A stretch of 64,000 nt of DNA from Thermoproteota archaeon (GCA_029258835.1 JAPDJY010000039.1:1-64000), one strand, 5' to 3'; shown: positions 29,618-39,604, counted from the first letter of the stretch. Numbers and translations: made by a program. Notes: generated by a model from the letters alone, not told the origin.

Positions 29618-30801
29618 TAAGCGAGAGGATAATGGACATTGCAAGGAGGCATAATTTCCCTGCTGAGATAGTCCAGCTTCTATCGGATGCTTTCGGAGCT
29701 GAACGAGCAAGACGGATAGTTGAAAGCCTTAAAGTCCCCGTACGTTTCTATACGTTGCGCGTTAACACAGCCACTACTACGCGAAGCGAGGTTCTTAAGA
29801 TTTTAGAAGAGTTGAACGTGAAGGCAAGCCCTCACCCTTTAATTGAGGAGGTTGTTTGCATACCTGTTGAGGGGCCATTTAGCATTGAGCCATGTGAGAA
29901 AAAAGTGGTGGCAGATAAGTTTGCATGTGAATCGGTAATGCTTGGAGCGGATCTTTACGCTCCAGGAGTTCTGAGAGCGGAGAAGGTTAGAAAGGGAGAC
30001 AGGGTGATGATTACAGATAAGTATGGAAGGCAGGTGGCAGAAGGCATCGCAACCATGAGTGCAAATGAAATGCTCACCCTAAAAAGAGGGATAGCAGTTA
30101 AAGTTGTTAAGTCACTTTATAAGGTGCCCAGCATTAGAAATACGGTTCTTCACGATGGAGGATATGTCTACGAACAAAGTCTACCAGCAATTTTAACAAG
30201 CAAAATCTTAGACCCCAAACCCGGAGAAGTCGTTGTGGACATGTGTGCTTCCCCAGGAGGGAAAACCACGCATATTGCCCAGTTAATGAAAGGGAAGGGA
30301 GCTGTGCTCGCGTTTGATAGAACGTGGAGTAAAGTTGAAAGAATCATGGAAAACGTTAAACGGCTAAAGTTGAAAAATGTTTTAACTTTTGTTGAGGACT
30401 CGCGTTTCATCGATAAGAAGCATCCAAACCTTAAGGCTGATAAGGTTTTAGTTGATCCGCCATGTTCTGACCTTGGGGTAAGACCTAAAATTTATGAGGA
30501 GGCGACATTAAACAAAGTTCAAGCCGCAGCAAACTATCAGCGGCAGTTCTTTAGGACAGCTGCCAAGATCCTAAAACCAAGAGGGATCCTTGTTTATAGT
30601 ACATGCACCCTTACAATCGAAGAAAACGAGGAAAACGTGAGGTTCTGTGTTGAGGAGTTAGGGTTAGAAGTTGAGGAGGAGGCCATGTACCTTGGAGAAA
30701 GAGGTGTAAAGTTATTTAATGGAGCGGAGAGGACGCAGCGATTTTTACCGGATAAGCATGACGCACCCGGCTTTTTCATAGCAAAACTAAGGAAACCATA
30801 A
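29602..30801 (+). CDS. RsmB/NOP-family RNA m5C methyltransferase with PUA domain (NSUN6-like)
   Basis: ESVMLGADLYAPGV (PUA), DMCASPGGKTT, DPPCSDLG, YSTCT. Confidence 0.92.
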   Translation: MEKGLISERIMDIARRHNFPAEIVQLLSDAFGAERARRIVESLKVPVRFYTLRVNTATTTRSEVLKILEELNVKASPHPLIEEVVCIPVEGPFSIEPCEKKVVADKFACESVMLGADLYAPGVLRAEKVRKGDRVMITDKYGRQVAEGIATMSANEMLTLKRGIAVKVVKSLYKVPSIRNTVLHDGGYVYEQSLPAILTSKILDPKPGEVVVDMCASPGGKTTHIAQLMKGKGAVLAFDRTWSKVERIMENVKRLKLKNVLTFVEDSRFIDKKHPNLKADKVLVDPPCSDLGVRPKIYEEATLNKVQAAANYQRQFFRTAAKILKPRGILVYSTCTLTIEENEENVRFCVEELGLEVEEEAMYLGERGVKLFNGAERTQRFLPDKHDAPGFFIAKLRKP

Positions 30802-30849
30802 AAATAAAAAAGAAGTTTAACTAGCATCTTCTACACCTATTCGTAAAGG

Positions 30850-31347
30850 TTAGAGTGTGATTATTTCAGCGCTAACCTTCTTTACGTCTAAAAGTGCGAC
30901 CGTCATTTTTCCCGTCAGGTAGCCGCAGGATTCTCCAGGGTTTAAAACTAGCGTTTCGCCTCTCTTTTCATTTACGTACTCGTGTGTATGGCCATAGATC
31001 ACTATATCATACTTTTTCGAAGAGATTACTGCTTCTAGAATTTCGGGGTAGTGACCGTGATTGACTGCTATCTTTCTTCCATCTAGTTCGATGGATAGGA
31101 AGAACGCGGTTATTTCGCCTTTTCCACTAAAATGCTTCTTAAGGGTTGGTAAATCACCATCATTATTTCCAGTAACAGCTTTTAGGGGACACTTAAGCTT
31201 TCCGAATTCTCTAATGGTGAAGGGACTTATTATGTCCCCAGCGTGAATAACTAGTTCTACTTCTTCCTCATTAAACAGCTCCACAGCTTTACGTATAGCA
31301 CTTAAGTTATCATGGGAGTCAGACATCACACCGATCAAGTCACACAC
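30850..31347 (-). CDS. Metallophosphoesterase (YfcE/MJ0936 family)
   Basis: SDSHDN, HAGD, GNND, HG, GHTH, NPGE. Confidence 0.92.
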   Translation of the reverse strand: MCDLIGVMSDSHDNLSAIRKAVELFNEEEVELVIHAGDIISPFTIREFGKLKCPLKAVTGNNDGDLPTLKKHFSGKGEITAFFLSIELDGRKIAVNHGHYPEILEAVISSKKYDIVIYGHTHEYVNEKRGETLVLNPGESCGYLTGKMTVALLDVKKVSAEIITL

Positions 31348-31389
31348 CTCCCTTATGTCCCTTAAGAAGGTTTATTAATCGCATCTTAC

Positions 31390-31830
31390 TTAATTTTCGC
31401 CTTTGTCGCTAACCCAATATGCCCCTCTTGAAGTATGTTCTTTCTTCCATAGTTCAGCTTCTTTTTTATATCGTTCAACGGCTTCCATCAACACAGGAAA
31501 AACTTGATGGCGGTGGCTACCAGCAACTACGACGTAAACTAGGTCGTCTCCAACGTCAAAAAACCCAACATTATGGTGTATTTGAACGTCAACTATACCC
31601 TCTCTTTGGGAGAGCTCCTCACATATTTTAAGCAGTGTTTCATTGGCCTTTTCCTCGTAGGCTTCTACTTCCAATTTTTCCACTAATTCGCCATTTCGTG
31701 TAACGCCTCTAACGATTCCTATGAAGCAACATATGGCACCCACCTCTTTTATCCGCGGATTAGACCTGATTTTCCTTAAAATATCCTCTAATGAAATATC
31801 TCCTTTTTTATGGATCATACCTTGCTTCAA
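31390..31830 (-). CDS. moaE: Molybdopterin synthase catalytic subunit
   Basis: GAICCFIGIVR, LEVEAYEE, VVVAGSHR, KKEAELWKKE. Confidence 0.9.
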   Translation of the reverse strand: MKQGMIHKKGDISLEDILRKIRSNPRIKEVGAICCFIGIVRGVTRNGELVEKLEVEAYEEKANETLLKICEELSQREGIVDVQIHHNVGFFDVGDDLVYVVVAGSHRHQVFPVLMEAVERYKKEAELWKKEHTSRGAYWVSDKGEN

Positions 31831-32075
31831 TGGAAGCCCGTCCTCAAATTGATTCCTAATGAAAGAAACAAGAGAAATACCGTATTAAAATTAACTTAGC
31901 ATCACACTCAAAGTGGAAGTTTGCAGGGTGCGAGGAAGGAGACGTCAAAGCTTGGAAATAACCTGATAAAACTTTGCGGTAAAGAATATTTTGTGAATCG
32001 ATACCCTTAAATAACGCTTGTAAGCCTCTAACTTCAGAAGATGAAGTCCTTAAAGCTGTAAGGAGAGGACGTGGT

Positions 32076-32327
32076 GTGAGCGGGCAAGGACAAAAACCTA
32101 CGGACTTTCTTTCTAGATCTCTAAATGCTAGAGTTCTTGTAAAGCTTAAAGGTGGAAGAGAGCTTAGAGGAAAACTTAAAGGGTTTGACGTACACATGAA
32201 CTTGATACTTGGAGAGGCAGAGGAAGTTTTAGATAAAGACTCTGAACCCAAGCAAATAGGAACAGTCGTGGTTAGAGGAGACAATGTAATAATGTTAAGT
32301 CCAGCTGTCAAATCGGATACTGAATAG
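32076..32327 (+). CDS. Sm-like (LSm/SmAP) protein
   Basis: GKLKGFDVHMNLIL and VVVRGDNV; conserved linkage with L37e. Confidence 0.95.
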   Translation: MSGQGQKPTDFLSRSLNARVLVKLKGGRELRGKLKGFDVHMNLILGEAEEVLDKDSEPKQIGTVVVRGDNVIMLSPAVKSDTE

Positions 32328-32353
32328 CATTGACTCCGAGGAGGAGAAGGTAA

Positions 32354-32542
32354 ATGGTGAAGGGAACACCCAGCATGGGTAAGAAGAACAAGAAGACGCA
32401 TATAAGATGTAGAAGATGTGGAAGGCATGCATATCATGTACGTAAAAAAAGGTGTGCCGCTTGCGGTTTCGGTGCAAGTAAAAGGATAAGACATTATAGT
32501 TGGCAAAACAAAAAAACATTGACAAGGATAAGGATACGATAA
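32354..32542 (+). CDS. rpl37e: 50S ribosomal protein L37e
   Basis: [24 protein letters not shown]. Confidence 0.98.
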   Translation: MVKGTPSMGKKNKKTHIRCRRCGRHAYHVRKKRCAACGFGASKRIRHYSWQNKKTLTRIRIR

Positions 32543-32582
32543 AGGAAAAGGAAAACGGTGCAATTTTGGAATAAAGTAAAAG

Positions 32583-32602
32583 GGAAAATTTGTAAATTTT
32601 CC
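32583..32602. repeat. Perfect 9-bp inverted repeat (GGAAAATTT-GT-AAATTTTCC)
   Basis: Read directly from the sequence between rpl37e and the USP gene. Confidence 0.8.
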
Positions 32603-32818
32603 AGCTAAATGGGGTTAACTTTGCTAAATGAGTTTATTCTTGTTGAGGGATAAACTAAAAGGAGTATCATAGGGAATCTCGAAACGCTTGTCCAAAGGAT
32701 AACAGTTTCTCAGGTCAACTTTCCATGGTATCGTTCGTTTGCAACTTCAGAATGAGAGAGGTCATAGATCCGCCTAGAGAGGAGAAAGGTTAAAGACGCA
32801 TTAACGTTATGCTACTTT

Positions 32819-33694
32819 GTGGAGGAGAAGGTAATGCGGGAGGAATGGCTCACCCCCCTTTCGAAGGTGATATTTCCTTTCACAGGTAGAGATGGTGAGT
32901 TCAATGCAGCACTTATTGCTTTTCAGATTATTGAGGAAATGGGGGGAGAGCTCGTTGGCTTCCACGTGTTAAGTGAAGAAGGAAGCGCTGCGAAGTTTAA
33001 GGAAGAACTCTTAAAAGTTGCTAGGAAGTTTAAGGTATCTTTCCGGATAATTTGCTATGACGAGAGGAATATTATAAGTGGCTTACTTAACGAGTTAAAG
33101 CGAGGTTATGACCTTTGTATCTGTTCTTTAGGAATCAAAGGCGTGAAAGGACTAGGTAGTGGTAGTGTTGTCCGAAAGCTTATTAATAAGATCCCGATAA
33201 AGTTGCTCCTTGTTTATACTCCAGAAAGTTATGGCGTACTGCCATATACTCTCAATAGAATTCTTGTAACACATACTATGATGGATGAAGATGTAGCAGC
33301 ATACATGGTTGCAATGGTTCTTTCTAAATCATGGCTTTCCATTAAGGGAGAAATTATTGCTGTATATCCGATAAGGGTTCCTTCCTCTGTTCCTATAGAT
33401 CTAACATATGTAGCTGAGGAAATAGAAAGGAAAGAAGATAGCTTCCTGAAGGATATAGGGAGTGAAATTAAAGAAATGGGGTCACCTATACTGCCGGTGA
33501 CACTGTATGCTCGGGACAAAGCAGAGGCTTTAGCTGTGTATTCTAAAGAGGTCGATGCAGACATAGTCATAATTGGCGTTAACCGCAGGAAGTACCTTTC
33601 ACGGCTTGCAAGCCTGATGCCCTTATCATACCCTCGATTTATAAACGAGCTTCTCAGGAGGGCTTCTTGCCCTGTCTTGCTTGCAGTTCCCTGA
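32819..33694 (+). CDS. Tandem universal-stress-protein (USP)-like protein
   Basis: Two USP-like halves: KVIFP...GFHV...LGSGSVVRKLINKIPIKLLLV and RILVT...ADIVIIG...LLRRASCPVLLAV. Confidence 0.75.
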   Translation: MEEKVMREEWLTPLSKVIFPFTGRDGEFNAALIAFQIIEEMGGELVGFHVLSEEGSAAKFKEELLKVARKFKVSFRIICYDERNIISGLLNELKRGYDLCICSLGIKGVKGLGSGSVVRKLINKIPIKLLLVYTPESYGVLPYTLNRILVTHTMMDEDVAAYMVAMVLSKSWLSIKGEIIAVYPIRVPSSVPIDLTYVAEEIERKEDSFLKDIGSEIKEMGSPILPVTLYARDKAEALAVYSKEVDADIVIIGVNRRKYLSRLASLMPLSYPRFINELLRRASCPVLLAVP

Positions 33695-35123
33695 ATAATA
33701 AATATACTAATGCTGTTATGCCTAGCCAAAAGAAGAAGGCAACCATAACATATGGTTTCACGAAGAAAAGGAAAAAAGAGAGGAAGGCTATCGCTGCGAT
33801 GGGAATGAATGGCTTACTATTAGTTTGGCCTTTAAGTTTTAGGTTTGAGATACTTACAAGAATGAAAATAACCATAAAGGCTACGCTTGTCATGCTGGAT
33901 ACAAACTCAAGATTCTCCGTCATTGCTAGTATGAGGCATAGAGAACTTCCAAGAAGCAAGCTAATGTAGGGGATGTGTCCTCGCTTGGTTAGAACTGAAA
34001 GCTTCTTAGGTAACACGCCCTCTCTGGACATTGCATACATTAACCTTGATGAACCAAACAGAGTTGCATTAAATGCTGATGCCGTAGAGAGGACTCCTCC
34101 TATTCCTAAAAGAAAACCACCCCACTCACCTAACCAAGTTTGATTCATCGCTTCAGCTAGCGGAGCTTCGCTTGCACCACTAAGGTACCAAGGCACTAAC
34201 CCCATTAGGGTAATGAGAGTGAACAGATAGATGATGAAAACAATTGTTATCGTAATAAAAATGGCTTTCCCTATTACTCGGGGGTTCTTAAGTTCCTCAC
34301 CGGCTGTTGGAATTAGGTCAAATCCTTCAAAGGCTATGAAAATAGTAGATACTGCAGTGAAGGTCCCCCATAAAGGATTTCTAAAGGGGAGAAGTAATGG
34401 GATAAAAAAAGTGTATGTTTGTGGAAGCAATACTGTAGGCGTGACGCCAGAAAGGCCAAGTTTTGGTCTTGAAAGAACCTCCATCAGCCCGACTGTAATG
34501 AATAAGAGAAGTATTAAGACTTTCCCGAAAACCATTGTTGTTTGTGTTTTGCCCGTCTCGGAAACACCGATGATGTTTAACCCGGTGAACAGCAACGTTA
34601 GAACTAGAATCATTACTTTTTTATTAAAAGGAGGCGTGTAAAGTTCATCGAGAAGTGAGAGGTAAACATCGCTGACACCATAAAAAACGTGTAGCGAGTT
34701 AGAGAGGACGTGTAAATTCCAATTTAATAGGTAGCTAAGGTAGTTCGCGAAGCCAACAGCATAGGTTGCACATGCGATTATGTACGCAAACCAAAGAGTG
34801 CATCCTGTAATGAAAACGATAGAGGGGTTATTAAACGCTCTTGCAACGTAAGTGTAACTTGCACCGCTTTCAGGAAAAATCGATGAAAGCTTAACATAAC
34901 TATATCCCACGAGAGCTGCTGTAAAACCGCAAAGGGAAAATGTTAAGATGCTGGCAATACCAGCTTCCCATATCGTCAAGCCAATTACCGTGAATATTCC
35001 GGCACCTATGCTTGCACCCACCCCTATTGTGACTGCCTCTAAGAGGCTGAGGCGGCGGATAAGGCGCCTCTCGTACGGTATCTCTGCGGAAGCTCTGTCT
35101 TCTTCTGTCATTCTTAATTTCAT
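33654..35123 (-). CDS. APC-family amino acid permease
   Basis: GASIGAGIF, PESGASYTY, AFEGFD...GEELKNP, SRLMYAMSREG; about 12 TM helices. Confidence 0.93.
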   Translation of the reverse strand: MKLRMTEEDRASAEIPYERRLIRRLSLLEAVTIGVGASIGAGIFTVIGLTIWEAGIASILTFSLCGFTAALVGYSYVKLSSIFPESGASYTYVARAFNNPSIVFITGCTLWFAYIIACATYAVGFANYLSYLLNWNLHVLSNSLHVFYGVSDVYLSLLDELYTPPFNKKVMILVLTLLFTGLNIIGVSETGKTQTTMVFGKVLILLLFITVGLMEVLSRPKLGLSGVTPTVLLPQTYTFFIPLLLPFRNPLWGTFTAVSTIFIAFEGFDLIPTAGEELKNPRVIGKAIFITITIVFIIYLFTLITLMGLVPWYLSGASEAPLAEAMNQTWLGEWGGFLLGIGGVLSTASAFNATLFGSSRLMYAMSREGVLPKKLSVLTKRGHIPYISLLLGSSLCLILAMTENLEFVSSMTSVAFMVIFILVSISNLKLKGQTNSKPFIPIAAIAFLSFFLFFVKPYVMVAFFFWLGITALVYLLFRELQARQGKKPS

Positions 35124-35377
35124 CCCTGAAAGGCTTTACTTCAAGAGGCAAGGTCCAAGCAAGTACGTTACTAAATTTGACGCACCCCACAGAGGATTTT
35201 TTCTAAAAGGGATTTTAATAGCCATACTACTAAGATCCATTTTAATTTTTCGTTCGCAGGACAGAATAACATTTGTGGAGGGGAACGTATTACAGATCCA
35301 CATCCTACTTATAACATCAAAAAAACACAAAGGTTGATATTGAGAAAGTTGAACCCTTCCTCACCTAGGTGAGGAAC

Positions 35378-35758
35378 ATGAGCTTGCTTAAAAGTGCGGG
35401 GATAAAGTCGGTGGCGCTTCTCAACATGGACAGGGTGCATGGCCCAGTTATGAAATGGGAGTTAAATGTTGATGGGGAGGAAAATTTGCAGAAAATTTTA
35501 GTTGAACTCTACACGATGTTCATGGTGGGAAAGGCGAAGCAAATGGTTCCAAGGGCTATGATCTTTGAAGACAAGAACATAGTTGTTTCAGAGAGAGACT
35601 ATAACCTTCTATGCTTTATGCTTAGGAAAGAAGCAAAAATTGACGAGTTTCTCAAGTACGCGGAAAAAATAATGGAAAAATATGGTGGAAATCCTTCTAA
35701 GAGCTCATGTTTGAGAAGTTTAATAGCGAGACTTAGAAATTCCTGGAGAAGCCATTAA
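35378..35758 (+). CDS. Hypothetical protein, longin/uDENN-like
   Basis: VALLNMDRVHGPVMKW hairpin and a beta-beta-alpha-beta-beta-beta-alpha-alpha pattern judged by eye; SD GGTGAGG before ATG 35378. Confidence 0.6.
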   Translation: MSLLKSAGIKSVALLNMDRVHGPVMKWELNVDGEENLQKILVELYTMFMVGKAKQMVPRAMIFEDKNIVVSERDYNLLCFMLRKEAKIDEFLKYAEKIMEKYGGNPSKSSCLRSLIARLRNSWRSH

Positions 35759-35964
35759 TGTAAACTTAAAATTCTAAGTAATCTAGATGGCAATAGGGAC
35801 TTTCGAATCTGAGAGGCGGCATTACTCTGCTATCTCCCGACAGTAACTTAATTATTTTTACATACGTGATTTTTTAGGGACTGATTCATTTACGGAGCGT
35901 TTAATGTTTAAGTTCTAAGTTGGAGGGGTCAAAAAATCTTAAGTGATTATAAACGTTTTAAACG

Positions 35965-36522
35965 TTGGGACTTAAAATGAAGTTGGAGGAGTACCTTACC
36001 AAGGTTGAGGAGAGAATTAAAAGTAAGGGACGTATTGTTTCTGAGTGGGTTAAATCGGAGAGGAATGTTGAGGTTGAAGGGATTACTGCTGCGTTAGTTA
36101 TGCAAGGGAACATGAAACAACTTAAGAAGGGGCTTATTCTTTCACGTCTTAGCGCTGCAATGACCGTGCCAGACTGGAACACTGCCGCTCTTTTCTTCCT
36201 GCGGAAAGGCGAAACAAGGGTCTCAGACATACAGAAAATTATCAGAGCTACAAGGATTTTCATGGCTAGAAATGATATCACTTGGGCGTGGCTTTGCCTT
36301 GTTTCAAAGAGAGGATTCTCAAGTAAAGTCAAAGATTTCGTTAGAGGTTACTTGAAGCGGGAGCTAGGCGTTTTCCTAGTAGACTTAGGGCGTAACGAAA
36401 TTTACTCGCGTAGCTTAAATGATCCTGTTGCAAGAAATGGCTTTAAACTTTTAGACCCTTTAAAAGTTGAAAAAGAAAAAGTTGACGGTTCAAAACGTGG
36501 CGTACTAAAAATTAGACGTTGA
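35965..36522 (+). CDS. Hypothetical protein, possible inactive restriction-endonuclease-like fold
   Basis: C-terminal LVSKRGFSSKVKDFV...LGVFLVD resembles the Mrr_cat core; no D/ExK motif seen. Confidence 0.6.
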   Translation: MGLKMKLEEYLTKVEERIKSKGRIVSEWVKSERNVEVEGITAALVMQGNMKQLKKGLILSRLSAAMTVPDWNTAALFFLRKGETRVSDIQKIIRATRIFMARNDITWAWLCLVSKRGFSSKVKDFVRGYLKRELGVFLVDLGRNEIYSRSLNDPVARNGFKLLDPLKVEKEKVDGSKRGVLKIRR

Positions 36523-37868
36523 AAACAAAGGGATGGCTGGAGAGTTTGAAACATATATCAATAGTTGGTTTAGGGTACGTTGGAATAGTTACGGGTGTAT
36601 GCTTTGCGGATATAGGATTTAAGGTTACATTCACAGATGTAGATGCACAGAAGGTTGAAATGGTGCAGCGTGGAGTGGCTCCAATCTATGAGCCAGGAGT
36701 CCAGGAGAAGCTTGCGATGCACGTGAAAGAAGGACGTATAGAAGCGGACACTAATACTGCTGAGGCTGCTGCTAAGTCAAGCGTTTCATTCATAACGGTT
36801 GGAACCCCAAGTGTCGGCGGGAGAATAGACTTATCAGGAGTTAAAGGAGCTGCAAGAGATATTGGTCGCGGGATAACGGATAAAGACGAGTACCACGTAG
36901 TGGTGATTAAGAGTACGGTTATTCCAGGTACGACCGAGGAAGTCGTTATTCCAATTATTGAGGAAGCGTCTGGCAAAGTAGAAGGGAAGGATTTTGGAGT
37001 GTGCGTGAATCCGGAGTTTCTCCGTGAAGGCAATGCTATACGGGACTTTATGAAGCCTGATAGGATAGTAATAGGTTATAAGAGTGAAAAAGCACTCAAA
37101 ATTGTTGAAGAACTTTTCAGGAAGATTAAAACTACTTTTGTGAAGGTGGATTTGCGTACCGCTGAGATGATAAAGTATGCGAACAATTCGTTTTTGGCAA
37201 TGAAGGTCTCGTTTATAAACGAAGTAGCTAATATATGTGAATTGTTCGGTGTCGACGTGGAAACAGTTGCCCACGCTATAGGTCTTGATTTCAGAATAAA
37301 CCCGAAGTTTCTAAGAGCAGGATGTGGCTTTGGAGGATCATGTTTCCCTAAGGATTTAAGAGCAATCATATCGGCGTCCAAAGAGAAGGGTTATAGGCCC
37401 ATCTTATTAGAGGCAACACTTTCAGTTAATGAAAAACAGCCTTTAAGGATGATCGAGCTAGCCAAGGAAACAATAGGAGACCTTAGGGGGCGAAGGATAG
37501 CTATTCTTGGGCTTTCATTTAAGCCCGGAACAGATGATATGAGGGAAGCGCCCTCGATTAAAATAGTCAGGAACTTGCTGGAAGAGGGGGCGAGAGTTGT
37601 TGTCCACGACCCTAAGGCTATGGAGAATGCGAAGAGAATTTTTGGTGATGAGGTAGAGTATGCAGATACAGCCCTGAGCGCCCTGAAGGGTGCAGAGTGC
37701 GGCATGATAGTGACGGAGTGGGATGAGTATAGGAAGCTTTCTTTGAGGGACATCAAAGAAATGATGAAAGGTCCAGTTATCATAGATGGACGCAGGATTA
37801 TTAATCCAAAGGAGGCCGAACAGCTAGGATTTACTTACAGAGGCATAGGATTTGGAAGGAGGGTATGA
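36519..37868 (+). CDS. UDP-glucose/GDP-mannose 6-dehydrogenase family
   Basis: GLGYVG, VGTP, KSTVIPG, NPEFLREG, GFGGSCFPKD, FKPGTDDMRE. Confidence 0.95.
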   Translation: MKTKGWLESLKHISIVGLGYVGIVTGVCFADIGFKVTFTDVDAQKVEMVQRGVAPIYEPGVQEKLAMHVKEGRIEADTNTAEAAAKSSVSFITVGTPSVGGRIDLSGVKGAARDIGRGITDKDEYHVVVIKSTVIPGTTEEVVIPIIEEASGKVEGKDFGVCVNPEFLREGNAIRDFMKPDRIVIGYKSEKALKIVEELFRKIKTTFVKVDLRTAEMIKYANNSFLAMKVSFINEVANICELFGVDVETVAHAIGLDFRINPKFLRAGCGFGGSCFPKDLRAIISASKEKGYRPILLEATLSVNEKQPLRMIELAKETIGDLRGRRIAILGLSFKPGTDDMREAPSIKIVRNLLEEGARVVVHDPKAMENAKRIFGDEVEYADTALSALKGAECGMIVTEWDEYRKLSLRDIKEMMKGPVIIDGRRIINPKEAEQLGFTYRGIGFGRRV

Positions 37869-37875
37869 AAAGTCG

Positions 37876-39498
37876 ATGAGTTTTGAAATACGGGCTAGAG
37901 ATCTTATGGGAAGAATAGGGATTTTAGAAACTAAAAGTGGAAAGGTAACCACCCCTTCTCTTTTCCCTGTTATAAATCCTATCCGGCTGACGCTTCACCC
38001 GTCGTTCATTGAGAAAAAAATGAAGTGTAAAACTCTGATAACGAATGCTATGATAACGTTAAAACATGCTTCTAACGAGGCGAGAGAGAAGGGAATTCAC
38101 AGATTTTTAGAGTTTAATGGTGTTGTGATGACGGATTCTGGGGCTTATCAACTCATGACATATGGAAACATTGAGGCCTCCCAGCTAGAGATCATTAGAT
38201 TTCAGGAGGAGATAGGCAGCGACATAGCAGTTATTCTCGATATACCATCCGGCGGAGCTAGGAAAAAGCAGGAAGCTGAAGAATGTGTTAACAGAACACT
38301 CCTAAATGCCAAAGAAAGCCTTTCTCAGAGAGAAAGAAGAGATGTTCTTTGGGTTGGGCCTGTTCAGGGTAGCCCTTACCCAGACTTAGTTGAGAGGTGC
38401 GCTGCAGAAGTAGGGAGAATGGATTTTGATGTTTACGCTATTGGAAGCGTTGTTACCCTCATGGAGAACTATAATTTTGACTTGTTAGTAGACGTAGTCA
38501 TGGCTGCAAAGAGGAACATACCGCTAGATAAGCCTGTTCACCTATTTGGGGCCGGTCATCCGATGATGTTCGCTTTAATCACTGCGATGGGGGTTGACAC
38601 GTTTGACTCTGCGGCATACGCCCTCTACGCTAAAGATGAAAGGTACATGATGCCGTATGGAACCCAAAGGCTTTCTGAGTTAGAGTATTTCCCTTGCAGC
38701 TGCCCTGTCTGTTTGGAGTATACTCCTAAAGAGTTGCTTAAAGAGTCAGAAGAGGAAAGAGAGAGAAAACTGGCTATCCATAACTTGTATGTTTCACTTA
38801 GCGAGGTCCATGCCGTAAGACAAGCTATTTTGGACGGCAGACTATGGGAGTTACTTGAAGTAAAAGCTAGAAGTCATCCTTCTCTCCTTAGGGGACTCAA
38901 AAGGTTAAGCGAGTATTCAAGATATATAACTAAATTTGTTCCTATGGTAAAAAAACGGGCGATCCTTTTTTGCGGGCCAGAATCTCTCAATAGGCCAGAA
39001 GTTGTCCGCCATCTTGAAAAGGTAGAAAAAACACCACAACCAGTTGAAGTCGAAGTCTTGGTGATTTTACCAGAAGTTAAGACGCGGCCATTTTACAGGT
39101 CGAAGGAGAGAAGGATCTTAGAGAGAGCCGTCGGGAAACTGGCTGAAGAAGAAAGGAGAAAAATTCAGTTTGCAATGAAGTCAAGTCTTTTTGGAGTAAT
39201 TCCCGAGGAGCTAGAGGAGGTTTACCCTTTATCACAGCACCTGACTATTTCAGGGGAGAATTATGTTAAGGAACATATCGTTAACGCGATTTGCAAGCTC
39301 ATTAGGTCACACGAATATAAACTAATTTTCTTCCCTCTTGAAGGCGAAAACATTAGTAGCCTAGAAAAAGCCTGTCATGAGAAAGGAGCGGAGCTTAGAG
39401 TAACCTCCCTGCCGGAAGGGAGGAAAAAATGGGAGAAAATCGGGGAGATTATAAGGGAACTCATAAACCTCAGAAATGCTGTTACTAAAGAAAGTTAG
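37876..39498 (+). CDS. tgtA: tRNA-guanine(15) transglycosylase (archaeosine pathway)
   Basis: MTDSGAYQ, ILDIP, PVQG, HLFGAGHP, DTFDSAAY, CSCPVC...HNL; probable start ATG 37876. Confidence 0.95.
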   Translation: MSFEIRARDLMGRIGILETKSGKVTTPSLFPVINPIRLTLHPSFIEKKMKCKTLITNAMITLKHASNEAREKGIHRFLEFNGVVMTDSGAYQLMTYGNIEASQLEIIRFQEEIGSDIAVILDIPSGGARKKQEAEECVNRTLLNAKESLSQRERRDVLWVGPVQGSPYPDLVERCAAEVGRMDFDVYAIGSVVTLMENYNFDLLVDVVMAAKRNIPLDKPVHLFGAGHPMMFALITAMGVDTFDSAAYALYAKDERYMMPYGTQRLSELEYFPCSCPVCLEYTPKELLKESEEERERKLAIHNLYVSLSEVHAVRQAILDGRLWELLEVKARSHPSLLRGLKRLSEYSRYITKFVPMVKKRAILFCGPESLNRPEVVRHLEKVEKTPQPVEVEVLVILPEVKTRPFYRSKERRILERAVGKLAEEERRKIQFAMKSSLFGVIPEELEEVYPLSQHLTISGENYVKEHIVNAICKLIRSHEYKLIFFPLEGENISSLEKACHEKGAELRVTSLPEGRKKWEKIGEIIRELINLRNAVTKES

Positions 39499-39604
39499 GG
39501 GTGGCGACTTCACACAGGAAGTTCAAAGTTCTTTATTCAAGATCTTCTCTTCTTTTCTCTTTCAAAAAACTGGAGGTTCAGAGAGCCTTCATGAAAAGTA
39601 ACTG

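Noticed and set aside
30850-31347. Possible Vps29 (retromer) homolog
   Set aside because: All metallophosphoesterase motifs are intact and match the widespread YfcE/MJ0936 family; no retromer context.
31856-32563. 235-aa minus-strand ORF
   Set aside because: Antisense to the Sm and L37e genes, with atypical composition.
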